This document shows, piece after piece, positions 57,026 through 64,000 of a DNA stretch of 64,000 nt. Numbering within the stretch: position 1 is the stretch's first letter; every line of letters begins with the position of its first letter. This stretch comes from a virus: IMG/VR virus record IMGVR_UViG_3300046477_000387, positions 4,358-68,357 of that record. One strand, written 5' to 3'. A program made the translations under genes and the position numbers. The notes under the pieces were generated by a model. That model saw only the letters and a program-made list of their open reading frames with translations, searched no databases and was not told the DNA's origin.

Positions 57026-57110
57026 TGAGGATCATTCGCGCTTGAGGACGATTCGCATTTGCTTTTGAGGACGCTTCTCATTCAGGGGCAGGATGAGAAT
57101 CGTTCTCATC
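57026..57110. promoter_or_regulatory. Four tandem Fur-box-like sites
   Basis: TGAGGATCATTCGCG, TGAGGACGATTCGCA, TGAGGACGCTTCTCA, GATGAGAATCGTTCTCATC resemble the 7-1-7 TGA[GT]AAT-N-ATT[CA]TCA box. Confidence 0.6.
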
Positions 57111-57316
57111 GGCGCTAGGCGCAGGGCGCGCAAGCGTAGCACGAACGCCCTAGGTGACTCCACGGGAACCGCCTTGAAAGTTCCAAGGGTGTGCCGGGCG
57201 CGGCTCCCGTCCTAGGGCAGCGGCCTAGGCTTCAACCACGGCACCGCCTTTAAAGCTCCATAAGTGTGTCGGCGACCTCTCCCGTTGCCGACACCCTCAA
57301 AACCTCTCACCCACCC

Positions 57317-57511
57317 TCAATACGCCTCCATCACTCCGAGCCGGCCGTGCGTGCGGATCTGGCTGCGCAGGTGGCGGATCTCGGCCTCCTCCTGCTGCAT
57401 CTCCAGCCAGTCGATCAACTGGTGCGGGCGCATCGCCCTGTATTGCGTGGTCGAAGGCTCAGCGGCTTCGGTGGTGACTTCGATGGGGCGGACGTTCAGG
57501 TTGGTGGTCAT
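57317..57511 (-). CDS. Hypothetical protein
   Basis: 64 aa; operator abuts the start codon. Confidence 0.5.
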   Translation of the reverse strand: MTTNLNVRPIEVTTEAAEPSTTQYRAMRPHQLIDWLEMQQEEAEIRHLRSQIRTHGRLGVMEAY

Positions 57512-57829
57512 ATTCAGTTTTGACTGTTGTGGTTGGAACGAAAATTAACGGGTGGCCATGCGGTAGATGGAGCTCGCAGTCCGGTAGGCTTCACGGGGCT
57601 CGGCACCGGCCCGGCGGGCGCCAAGATACGCGTCGCGCTCAATGGGTCGCAGGGCACGGAAGGCAGCGGCGAGGGCTCTCATGCGTGCTCTCCCGGTGCG
57701 TTACCCTGCAGACGCTTGATGACCCAGAGCAGTCCGTCGATGGCCTTCACCCACGCGAAGACGATCAGGCCCGCGGTGACTGCGAGAAGAAGGATCGCGC
57801 AGATCCATTGCAGAAGTTCGGAGTTCATG

Positions 57830-58165
57830 TCAGTTGGCGATGAATTGGGGAGCGACGTGGGCTTCTTCGTCGAGGTGGTTGCAGTCGAAATACAGACCGC
57901 GCATGCAGGCGGCATTGCAGGGATCAACGTTTCCGCTTGGCTCGGAACGGGCGATCTCCCACACCGTGGCGGTGTCGGCGGAACCGAAGGTGCGTTGTTC
58001 GAGGGCGACGAACTGCTCGTGCGCTGCGTCGTAGACAACGGCGTAGTTGGCAAAACCGGACGACAGAAAGAGGAAGCACTGATCGTCGAACACGCAGGGC
58101 TTCTTGCGGGTCTCGGCGTAGAAGTCGGACAGGTTCGTGATCGGCAGCGTCGTCGGTGTTTTCAT
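57830..58165 (-). CDS. Hypothetical protein
   Basis: 111 aa from MKTPTT; operator and -10-like element upstream. Confidence 0.55.
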   Translation of the reverse strand: MKTPTTLPITNLSDFYAETRKKPCVFDDQCFLFLSSGFANYAVVYDAAHEQFVALEQRTFGSADTATVWEIARSEPSGNVDPCNAACMRGLYFDCNHLDEEAHVAPQFIAN

Positions 58166-58699
58166 TTCGTTTCTCGGTGTCGCTGCACGTCGCAGCAATT
58201 ACATTATTCAGTTTTGACTGTGGCTTTATGCTGGGAATCGTCACTTCCGCAGCGGTTTCCTCTCCTCACCCTCGGGGCCGCCTAGGCTTTTCTCCTACGC
58301 CGACCAGGCAACGGGAGTGGATTCTTCCCACGGGCTCTTTCCGACCCGGCCTAGGGCTTATCCCTCGGCGTAACCCCTAGGGCGAAACGGGCAGCGGGCT
58401 TCAAAATTGGGTAAGTGTGTCGGCGACGGCGCCCGTTTCAGTTACAGCCTCACGCGCACGCACGCAGGGTTTTAAAGGTTTTGAATGATGGCTCCGATGA
58501 GGAACCCTGAGGAGAAGAATAAGCCCCCAAACCCCCACGCCCCTATACTTCAGGTGGGAGGTTTGAGGTCTCATTCCACTCATCAGGAAACCCACCGGAG
58601 CGTGTCCGCGTATGGCAACCCAACAGGCAAGAACAAGCCCCCAGAAAAGAAGCTACTCCCCGAACCGGTGGATTGGCACGGGCAAACAATATGGGGTGG

Positions 58700-58729
58700 A
58701 TGATAGTCAGTAGTGACTGAGTATGTCAA
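58700..58729 (-). promoter_or_regulatory. Sigma70 promoter with operator in the spacer
   Basis: Minus strand TTGACA-tactcagtcactactgac(18)-TATCAT. Confidence 0.7.
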
Positions 58730-58850
58730 GGGAGTTTGGGAGGTGATGTGTAAGTGTTGGGTGGCGGGGCGACGTTTTGAAGCCTATATAGCCATCCCAC
58801 ACCTGGACCCGGTCCCGCTTCCCGCAACCTGCACTTCCCCGGCCTCCCAC

Positions 58851-59120
58851 CTACCAACCTCCTGATCCCGAATACCCCTTAGGCGTGTCGAGAGCCGGCT
58901 CCTTGTCTCCTTCCCTTATGAGCGATCTGTCGAACGGCTCGAAGGTGGTGCCGACGATCATCTCGTCCGTCCAGTCTCGGTCTTCCAGTCCCGTGTCTCT
59001 GCGGAAGTCTGCGTCTCTTACCCAGCCTGGGGTCCATCCTTTCCTGCCGGTGTGCCATTCGACGCGGAACCATTCGTCGTTGTGTCTGGCCGTTACCTTG
59101 ATCGTCGCGTGCGTCACCAC
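58851..59120 (-). CDS. Hypothetical protein (C-terminal GSGGW)
   Basis: 89 aa; similar layout to the upstream neighbour. Confidence 0.6.
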   Translation of the reverse strand: MVTHATIKVTARHNDEWFRVEWHTGRKGWTPGWVRDADFRRDTGLEDRDWTDEMIVGTTFEPFDRSLIREGDKEPALDTPKGYSGSGGW

Positions 59121-59389
59121 GCGTCTCCATATCCCACAGGTGCGTCCCTCTCCGGGTTGACGATCCTCTTAGTGATGGCCCGCTCCTTGATCCTGTCTCG
59201 TGGGAAGCCACTCCGGTCCTCTCCCACAAGCCATTCAATCTTGGAGTGCGGACTCATCCCATACACGTCGCAAAAGTCTTGGATCAGCACGTAGCCTCGC
59301 TTGGCCGGCGCGCCAACGATTCCCGTCTCGCTGAACTCCACCGCAAGCCAGTCCTCGTCCAGAACCCGCTCGATCTTGATCCTTGCCAT
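59114..59389 (-). CDS. Hypothetical protein (C-terminal YGDAW)
   Basis: 91 aa from MARIKI; AGGA RBS. Confidence 0.6.
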   Translation of the reverse strand: MARIKIERVLDEDWLAVEFSETGIVGAPAKRGYVLIQDFCDVYGMSPHSKIEWLVGEDRSGFPRDRIKERAITKRIVNPERDAPVGYGDAW

Positions 59390-59420
59390 TACTGTTTCCT
59401 GGGTTGGGCTCTTGGGTCCG

Positions 59421-59515
59421 AAGTTGGGCTCCCAAGCTGCTCCCGTATAGTCTTTAATAACTACTTCTCTTACATACTTCTCTTTCTTTACCGGAAGCGG
59501 CTTGGGCGCCCAAGT
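59421..59515. promoter_or_regulatory. Origin-like locus C
   Basis: AT-rich 59447-59490 flanked by two outward-facing copies of the locus A/B motif. Confidence 0.55.
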
Positions 59516-59522
59516 TGGGCTT

Positions 59523-59756
59523 TCAGAGCGCCTTTGCCTTGTCCAGCCTGTCAATCACGTCCTGGATCACGTCGAGGCGCTGCTGCAGCACTTCGGCGAG
59601 GAACTTGCGCTTGTCGTCGGTAATGGTTGGCCGTTCCAGTGCGCGTGCTACGTCACGCATCGAGGGCATCATTGCGCGCAGTTCGTTCATGGCGCCGGCA
59701 CGGACTGCTTCGAAGTCGGCGCGCAAATGGATCAGTTCTTCCTGGGGTGTGTTCAT
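59523..59756 (-). CDS. Hypothetical helical protein
   Basis: 77 aa; AGGA RBS. Confidence 0.55.
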   Translation of the reverse strand: MNTPQEELIHLRADFEAVRAGAMNELRAMMPSMRDVARALERPTITDDKRKFLAEVLQQRLDVIQDVIDRLDKAKAL

Positions 59757-60134
59757 GCTTCCTGCCTCACTCGTTGCGTTGTTTCATTCTCTCGCGTGAA
59801 TCGTGGAATGTCTGCGGGAACCGGTGTTGGTTGCGACGCGTTTAGAGACGTTTTGAGCGGTCGGGGTCGTTGCGTGTGTCTTGTGTCATCTCGACTGATT
59901 GGCGCGGTTTCTAGCGCGTTGTCGACGGTTCCTGACGTGCTTTGTGCTGTTCGGTTCTGTGCTGCGGTTCTTACTCAACGGGGCGTTGAGGTAGCTTATA
60001 CATCGGGGCGGGTTGGCCGAAACCTTATAAAGCAATAAATTCCTTTACAATCAATGGCTTGCGAACAGATGGCCAGCGCAGTGCCCTAGGCATGCTAACT
60101 CGACGGAAAAGGCGCCCGTTTTACCTCCGCTATA

Positions 60135-60150
60135 CTGGATATCCATACAG
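60135..60150. promoter_or_regulatory. LexA (SOS) box overlapping a -10 element
   Basis: taCTGgatatccataCAG = CTG-N10-CAG, overlapping TATACT at 60131-60136. Confidence 0.8.
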
Positions 60151-60166
60151 CTTTTGTGCCACCGCC

Positions 60167-60445
60167 ATGACGCTGCCTGCCTACTCCACTCCAACCATCA
60201 ACGAGTTGCGCGCCTTCTGGCACCGCTACCGGGATCGCGACGTCCGACGCCTCATCCTCGAGGTGCAGCACCTGCGCGATACGCTGGAAGAAATCGAGTA
60301 TTTCCGGTCGGTCATTGAGCGGGCCTGGAAAGAGGAAGACCTAGGCCAGCTTGTCGCGCTTGAAAAGCTCCGCGTGCTGATGCAGTCGGAGCGTTCCCGT
60401 CTCGGTGTGCTTTCTGGGCTGCCGCCTGCGGCACCGGCGGAGTGA
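60167..60445 (+). CDS. Putative SOS-inducible small protein
   Basis: 92 aa; lone plus-strand gene directly downstream of the LexA box. Confidence 0.75.
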   Translation: MTLPAYSTPTINELRAFWHRYRDRDVRRLILEVQHLRDTLEEIEYFRSVIERAWKEEDLGQLVALEKLRVLMQSERSRLGVLSGLPPAAPAE

Positions 60446-60679
60446 TCACCAGGTGCCTTGGTCCTCATAGACGGGTGGCGGTGCCCTATTCGTCAACTCG
60501 TAACGGAATTTGCCATCCACGTGCTGGTCACTCCAGCAGTTCCAGTGGTCAATCAGGCGGTGGGCTCCTGGCAGACTGAGGGCTGCGGCGCTCGGTTCAC
60601 CCACTTCCTTCGCATGGACGTCCCTAAATGGCAGAACCATATCGCGGCCTTCGCCGATCTTCCGGTAGTAGAGCGCCAT
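60446..60679 (-). CDS. Hypothetical protein (C-terminal YEDQGTW)
   Basis: 77 aa from MALYYR; TGATG coupling. Confidence 0.6.
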   Translation of the reverse strand: MALYYRKIGEGRDMVLPFRDVHAKEVGEPSAAALSLPGAHRLIDHWNCWSDQHVDGKFRYELTNRAPPPVYEDQGTW

Positions 60680-60906
60680 CACCACGATCCCTGATCGGCG
60701 TAGCGCGGCTCGGGCTTCTGGGTCGGCGGGCACAGTGACGACATGAGGCTGTAGGCCACGTTGTCGATCATCACGTAGCTCTCGCTCTCCATCTGCGTGC
60801 GCACGTAGTCGCGGGCCGCGTCCATCACGTTGGCGCGCAGATTGCGCCGGCGCCATTTCTGATAGCCGTCAATCATGCCTTCGGCGATTTCGTCACATTC
60901 GGTCAT
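60679..60906 (-). CDS. Hypothetical protein (C-terminal YADQGSW)
   Basis: 75 aa; ATGA coupling. Confidence 0.6.
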   Translation of the reverse strand: MTECDEIAEGMIDGYQKWRRRNLRANVMDAARDYVRTQMESESYVMIDNVAYSLMSSLCPPTQKPEPRYADQGSW

Positions 60907-61160
60907 GGCTTGGGCTCCCGCGCCCGCATCATGGCGTCCGCCATCCGGTAGGCGAGCGCCGCGTATTCATCGACGTTCAGGGCGCTTCCCGGCAGCGTTC
61001 CGGTGATCGCCGCCATCGCGAACTTGTCGCGCAGCTTCTGGCGGGCGTCGAGGGCATCGCGCCCGGCGTGCATGTTCTCGCGCACGTATTCCACTGCGTC
61101 GCGGCGGTTCGCACCGGCGCTGATCAGCAGGTCCTTGACCTGTATGTGATCGAGCGGCAT
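60903..61160 (-). CDS. Hypothetical phage protein
   Basis: LRD.FA.AA......AY..ADAM..AR motif common in phage small ORFs. Confidence 0.65.
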   Translation of the reverse strand: MPLDHIQVKDLLISAGANRRDAVEYVRENMHAGRDALDARQKLRDKFAMAAITGTLPGSALNVDEYAALAYRMADAMMRAREPKP

Positions 61161-61426
61161 CAGCGCCCTCCTTTCGGCAGACGGATATGCACCCACGCGT
61201 TCACCCACATGCCGGTGTCGCTTTCGGACGTGATCGCGCCGTCGTCGATCTCCACGTTGTCGTCGCTGCCGTGCGCGTATTGCTGGCGCGCCATCTCCAG
61301 CAGTGTGCCGTCGGCAAAGGTCATGTCCGCGCGAGCCCGTTTCAGCTCCTCTAAGGCGGCTCGATTCTTGGACGTGCCCCAGGTGCGCAGGTAGGCGTCG
61401 AGCGCCTCCACAATTCGCAGAGCCAT
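61160..61426 (-). CDS. Hypothetical protein
   Basis: EIDD.A..S....G.WV.AWV pattern. Confidence 0.6.
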   Translation of the reverse strand: MALRIVEALDAYLRTWGTSKNRAALEELKRARADMTFADGTLLEMARQQYAHGSDDNVEIDDGAITSESDTGMWVNAWVHIRLPKGGR

Positions 61427-61427
61427 A

Positions 61428-61661
61428 TCAGTAGCGCTCCACCGTGGTTTCCTGGATTTCGATGCCCGACGGCGAGACGCCGGGGTCGAGCAGCATGATC
61501 AGGCAGGCGGTGATATCGATCTCGCCGGCGGGCTTCAGCAGGTCGATCGCATCCGCCTCTTCCGTGCCGGTGGCGATCGCGTGGCTCTTGGCCTGTTCGA
61601 ACAGCGCGTCCTCGTCGAACACCTTGATGTCCATCGTTACCTGATAGGTCTTGTTGCGCAT
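61428..61661 (-). CDS. Hypothetical acidic protein
   Basis: 77 aa; AGGAG RBS. Confidence 0.55.
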   Translation of the reverse strand: MRNKTYQVTMDIKVFDEDALFEQAKSHAIATGTEEADAIDLLKPAGEIDITACLIMLLDPGVSPSGIEIQETTVERY

Positions 61662-61747
61662 TTCCCTCTCCTGTGAAAACTCATGGCTGGCGGCGCTCCC
61701 AGAACGGCCAGCCATGAGGGCACTGCCGCAGCAGTGCCGATTTCCCT

Positions 61748-62266
61748 TTAGTGAGCGGTCGGCTGGTCGCCGCCACGACCACCCATGATGGCGCCGAGAA
61801 CCGCGCTCATGAACTGCTCGGGCGTTGCGTCGGCCGGCAGGCTGATGCGGCCGATCGGCACGAACTTGACGCCCACGGTCTCGCGCTCGACGGCCGGCTG
61901 GTCAGCCATGCCCTTCAGCTCCTCGAAGCCTGCCTCGTCGCGCGGCTGGGCATAGGCTTCAGCGGCCTTGCGCTGGTTTTCACGACGCTGGTTGAGAAAC
62001 TCCTGGACGGTCGCCTGGCTCGGCGCCGCGTTCGTTTGGGCCTTGTCGGCGAGATCCAGACGCTCGACCTCGATGGCGAGCGCCTCGCGAACGGCACCGC
62101 TCATGTTGTCCACGCTTTCAGCCAGCATGGCGACGTGTTGCGGCGAAAGCGTCGCCTGTCCCGTCATGACGGCTTCGAGGGCGAGCGACGCGACGACGCC
62201 CTGCAGGCATTTGGTTGCGACGCTCAGTTGCGTGAGGATGGGCGCGTTCGACAGCGTTTTGCTCAT
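61748..62266 (-). CDS. Hypothetical protein
   Basis: 172 aa; AAGGAG RBS. Confidence 0.6.
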   Translation of the reverse strand: MSKTLSNAPILTQLSVATKCLQGVVASLALEAVMTGQATLSPQHVAMLAESVDNMSGAVREALAIEVERLDLADKAQTNAAPSQATVQEFLNQRRENQRKAAEAYAQPRDEAGFEELKGMADQPAVERETVGVKFVPIGRISLPADATPEQFMSAVLGAIMGGRGGDQPTAH

Positions 62267-62376
62267 GTGGTGTTGCTCCTTGCGTTGTGCGCTATGTCGC
62301 GCGGTTTCGATATGTGTATTGTCGCGAGCGGTTCGCGGGGTTAGTTGCTGGCCGCTGCGGTTCCCGGCGCGGTTCC

Positions 62377-62625
62377 CTACCAGACGACTTCGACCGTTTC
62401 GACCGCGGCTTCGGCCACATAAAGTCGTTTGGTGGTCGGGTCGCTGCTGATGTATTTAGGCGGGATTTCCACCTCGATCAGCGCGACGTGTTCGGCAGCC
62501 CAGTATTGGGCGAACGCGCCAAAGATCGTGCCGCCCGAGCGCAGATTGATGCGCAGGTGATACGGCGCACCTTCATGCGACGGCTGACTGGCGCCATCGA
62601 TGGCAAGACGGATCGGCCCGCTCAT
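62377..62625 (-). CDS. Hypothetical small beta-rich protein
   Basis: 82 aa from MSGPIR; coupled to the upstream gene. Confidence 0.5.
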   Translation of the reverse strand: MSGPIRLAIDGASQPSHEGAPYHLRINLRSGGTIFGAFAQYWAAEHVALIEVEIPPKYISSDPTTKRLYVAEAAVETVEVVW

Positions 62626-63080
62626 CAGGCTTTCCTCCACACAACGAGGTGGTCGGCCGCGCCGAAGGACTGCTTGCACTCCTCGTCGCTCTCGTAGGTG
62701 ACGGTGATGCGGGTGTCTTGCTGGTCGACGTCCACGACGAGCCGGCCTTCGGGCCACGTCGGGTGGAATACGATCCGGTCGCCCACGCAGACGCCGAGCG
62801 CCGTGATGCTGACTTTCACGCGATTGGCTTCGTCGTCCTCGCCCTGCTCGCGCATTTCACACTCGGACTGCGGCCATTCCTGGCCGTCCTCGTCCACCAC
62901 GACGGGCGTGCGCTCGCCGTTGGAGAAGGTCTCGCGGGTTTCCTGGCTGTCCCAGTCCACGCTGCTGCCGACAAAGACTGGGGCGCCGCTTTCGTCCCAG
63001 TGGGAGATGTTGGCGACGGCCTTGACGGTGTCGGCCGTGCCGACGATGCGCTTACCGTTGGGCGCAAAAAGCTGTTTCAT
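62625..63080 (-). CDS. Hypothetical protein
   Basis: 151 aa; GAGGAG RBS. Confidence 0.6.
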   Translation of the reverse strand: MKQLFAPNGKRIVGTADTVKAVANISHWDESGAPVFVGSSVDWDSQETRETFSNGERTPVVVDEDGQEWPQSECEMREQGEDDEANRVKVSITALGVCVGDRIVFHPTWPEGRLVVDVDQQDTRITVTYESDEECKQSFGAADHLVVWRKA

Positions 63081-63091
63081 GGTGTGTCTCC

Positions 63092-63322
63092 TCAGACGAG
63101 CAGGTGGGTGACGCGCTTCTTGAACTCGTCATCGGCGTTGCAGTAACCGTTCTGGCTCGGGCCGAAGACGGCGCTGTCGTAGGACGGCAGTTCGCGTTCG
63201 ATGGCCGGCTCGATGCGGGTGGTGACGGAGTAATAGGCCGTCTGACCGTTGTCCGTGCCCATCTCCAGGCGCACGCGCTGCCCGAGCGGGCCGTTGTGGA
63301 ATTCTTTGAGGATCTGTGCCAT
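63092..63322 (-). CDS. Hypothetical protein
   Basis: 76 aa; downstream of promoter TTGCGT-18-TATGAT (63391-63420), which has an operator in its spacer. Confidence 0.55.
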   Translation of the reverse strand: MAQILKEFHNGPLGQRVRLEMGTDNGQTAYYSVTTRIEPAIERELPSYDSAVFGPSQNGYCNADDEFKKRVTHLLV

Positions 63323-63581
63323 AAGTGGCTCGCTTCTGTGTTGTTTCGACAGAATTATTGTCGCGTAACGAGTGAGGAATGTATGTGGATATCATACTCA
63401 GTTTTGACTTACTAACGCAATAGCCTAGGCACAACTATTTTCAGAAAGCGCGCACTTTCTCAGCCTGCCAGCGTGCGAGAGTGGTCCCGCTTGGTATGCG
63501 GTTTGCGATTCGTCAGTGTGTCAGTATTGACTGTTACTTACCTACCGCAGGCCAGCAGTTTGCCCTAGGGTTGGGCGGCGC

Positions 63582-63610
63582 AAAAAAAAAGAGGCGACCA
63601 GAGTCGCCCC
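63582..63610 (-). terminator. Intrinsic terminator
   Basis: GGGGCGAC-tctg-GTCGCCTC followed by T9 on the minus strand. Confidence 0.8.
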
Positions 63611-63674
63611 AAACGTAAAACACACACTTCGGAGTTGCAACCTGCAGACGCCAACTCCTACGTCTTATGTCCTG

Positions 63675-63968
63675 TTACCAGCGCACGCCGGCGGGCGTGG
63701 TGGGTCTGTCACTGCCGACGGCCGCTACCCCTTCCGGCGTGAGTAGGCTGGGCGCCACGCGCCACTTGGCTGTCTCCAGCCGCTTGCCATCCGGGCCGAT
63801 CTCGGTGCAGTTGGCAGTCTTGACGTTGATCTTGTCCACGACCACCGTCACCTTGCGGCCGGCGCGGTTCACGAAGGTGGCCTTGCCGCCGATCCGCAGC
63901 CGCGAGCCCGCCTCCATCTGTGTCTGGGACTGGCGATAGCGCAGCAGGGAAACAATGTGGGTATTCAT
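63675..63968 (-). CDS. Hypothetical SH3-like protein
   Basis: G..V.F.......V.KIN.KT......WRVAP.LL pattern. Confidence 0.55.
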   Translation of the reverse strand: MNTHIVSLLRYRQSQTQMEAGSRLRIGGKATFVNRAGRKVTVVVDKINVKTANCTEIGPDGKRLETAKWRVAPSLLTPEGVAAVGSDRPTTPAGVRW

Positions 63969-64000
63969 GTCGCGCAGGGTCTCGGTGGACAGCGCATTGA

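Larger units (their letters stand above)
6904..63532. repeat. Dispersed palindromic operator-like motif AGTCA-N4-TGACT (~24 copies)
   Basis: 14-bp cores start at 6904, 10224, 12570, 15309, 15746, 22216 (reversed), 28360, 34928, 35832, 39089, 40126, 42822, 44863, 50457, 51136, 53405 (reversed), 54970, 55859, 56849, 57512, 58206, 58705, 63396, 63519; all intergenic or at gene boundaries. Confidence 0.95.
1..64000. mobile_element. Large temperate siphovirus / phage-plasmid-like genome segment
   Basis: Integrase plus attP, replication, lysis, tail, head and terminase modules; no host housekeeping operon in the window. Confidence 0.95.

Noticed and set aside
6904-63532. CRISPR array or REP/MITE family from the repeated palindrome
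   Set aside because: Copies are single, kilobases apart and tied to promoters; no spacers, cas genes or transposase

Overview
The window is 64 kb of a large, GC-rich temperate siphovirus, probably of a Burkholderiaceae host (inferred from the tRNA-Cys fragment and codon style). Its gene set resembles SSU5/pHCM2-type phage-plasmids; no RepA or ParA is visible here. From left to right: tyrosine integrase and an intact attP (3' 53 nt of tRNA-Cys between two IHF sites, so the element looks excised); replication and nucleotide genes (guanylate kinase-like, ATP-dependent ligase, primase, DnaB-like helicase, Hfq-like Sm protein, Acb2 anti-CBASS sponge, DEDDh nuclease, PhoH, metallophosphoesterase); lysis cassette; tail fibres and a lambda-like tail with a G/GT frameshift; head and packaging genes; a ParB/ABC-ATPase/GNAT block next to terminase; a Tad2-domain fusion; SF2 helicase and two HNH genes; then many small ORFs. 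Unusual structure: (1) about 24 copies of the palindrome AGTCA-N4-TGACT at gene junctions, many overlapping sigma70 promoter elements; (2) a ~1.35 kb island with no GCC/GGC that carries a 30-bp perfect palindrome containing canonical parS near its left end and ends at four Fur-box-like sites and a CCTAGG cluster; (3) three dispersed origin-like loci sharing a ~25-bp motif beside an AT-rich tract; (4) five unrelated small proteins sharing a C-terminal G-x(1-2)-W tag; (5) a LexA-boxed gene that may be an antirepressor. All product calls come from motif recognition by eye, without database searches.
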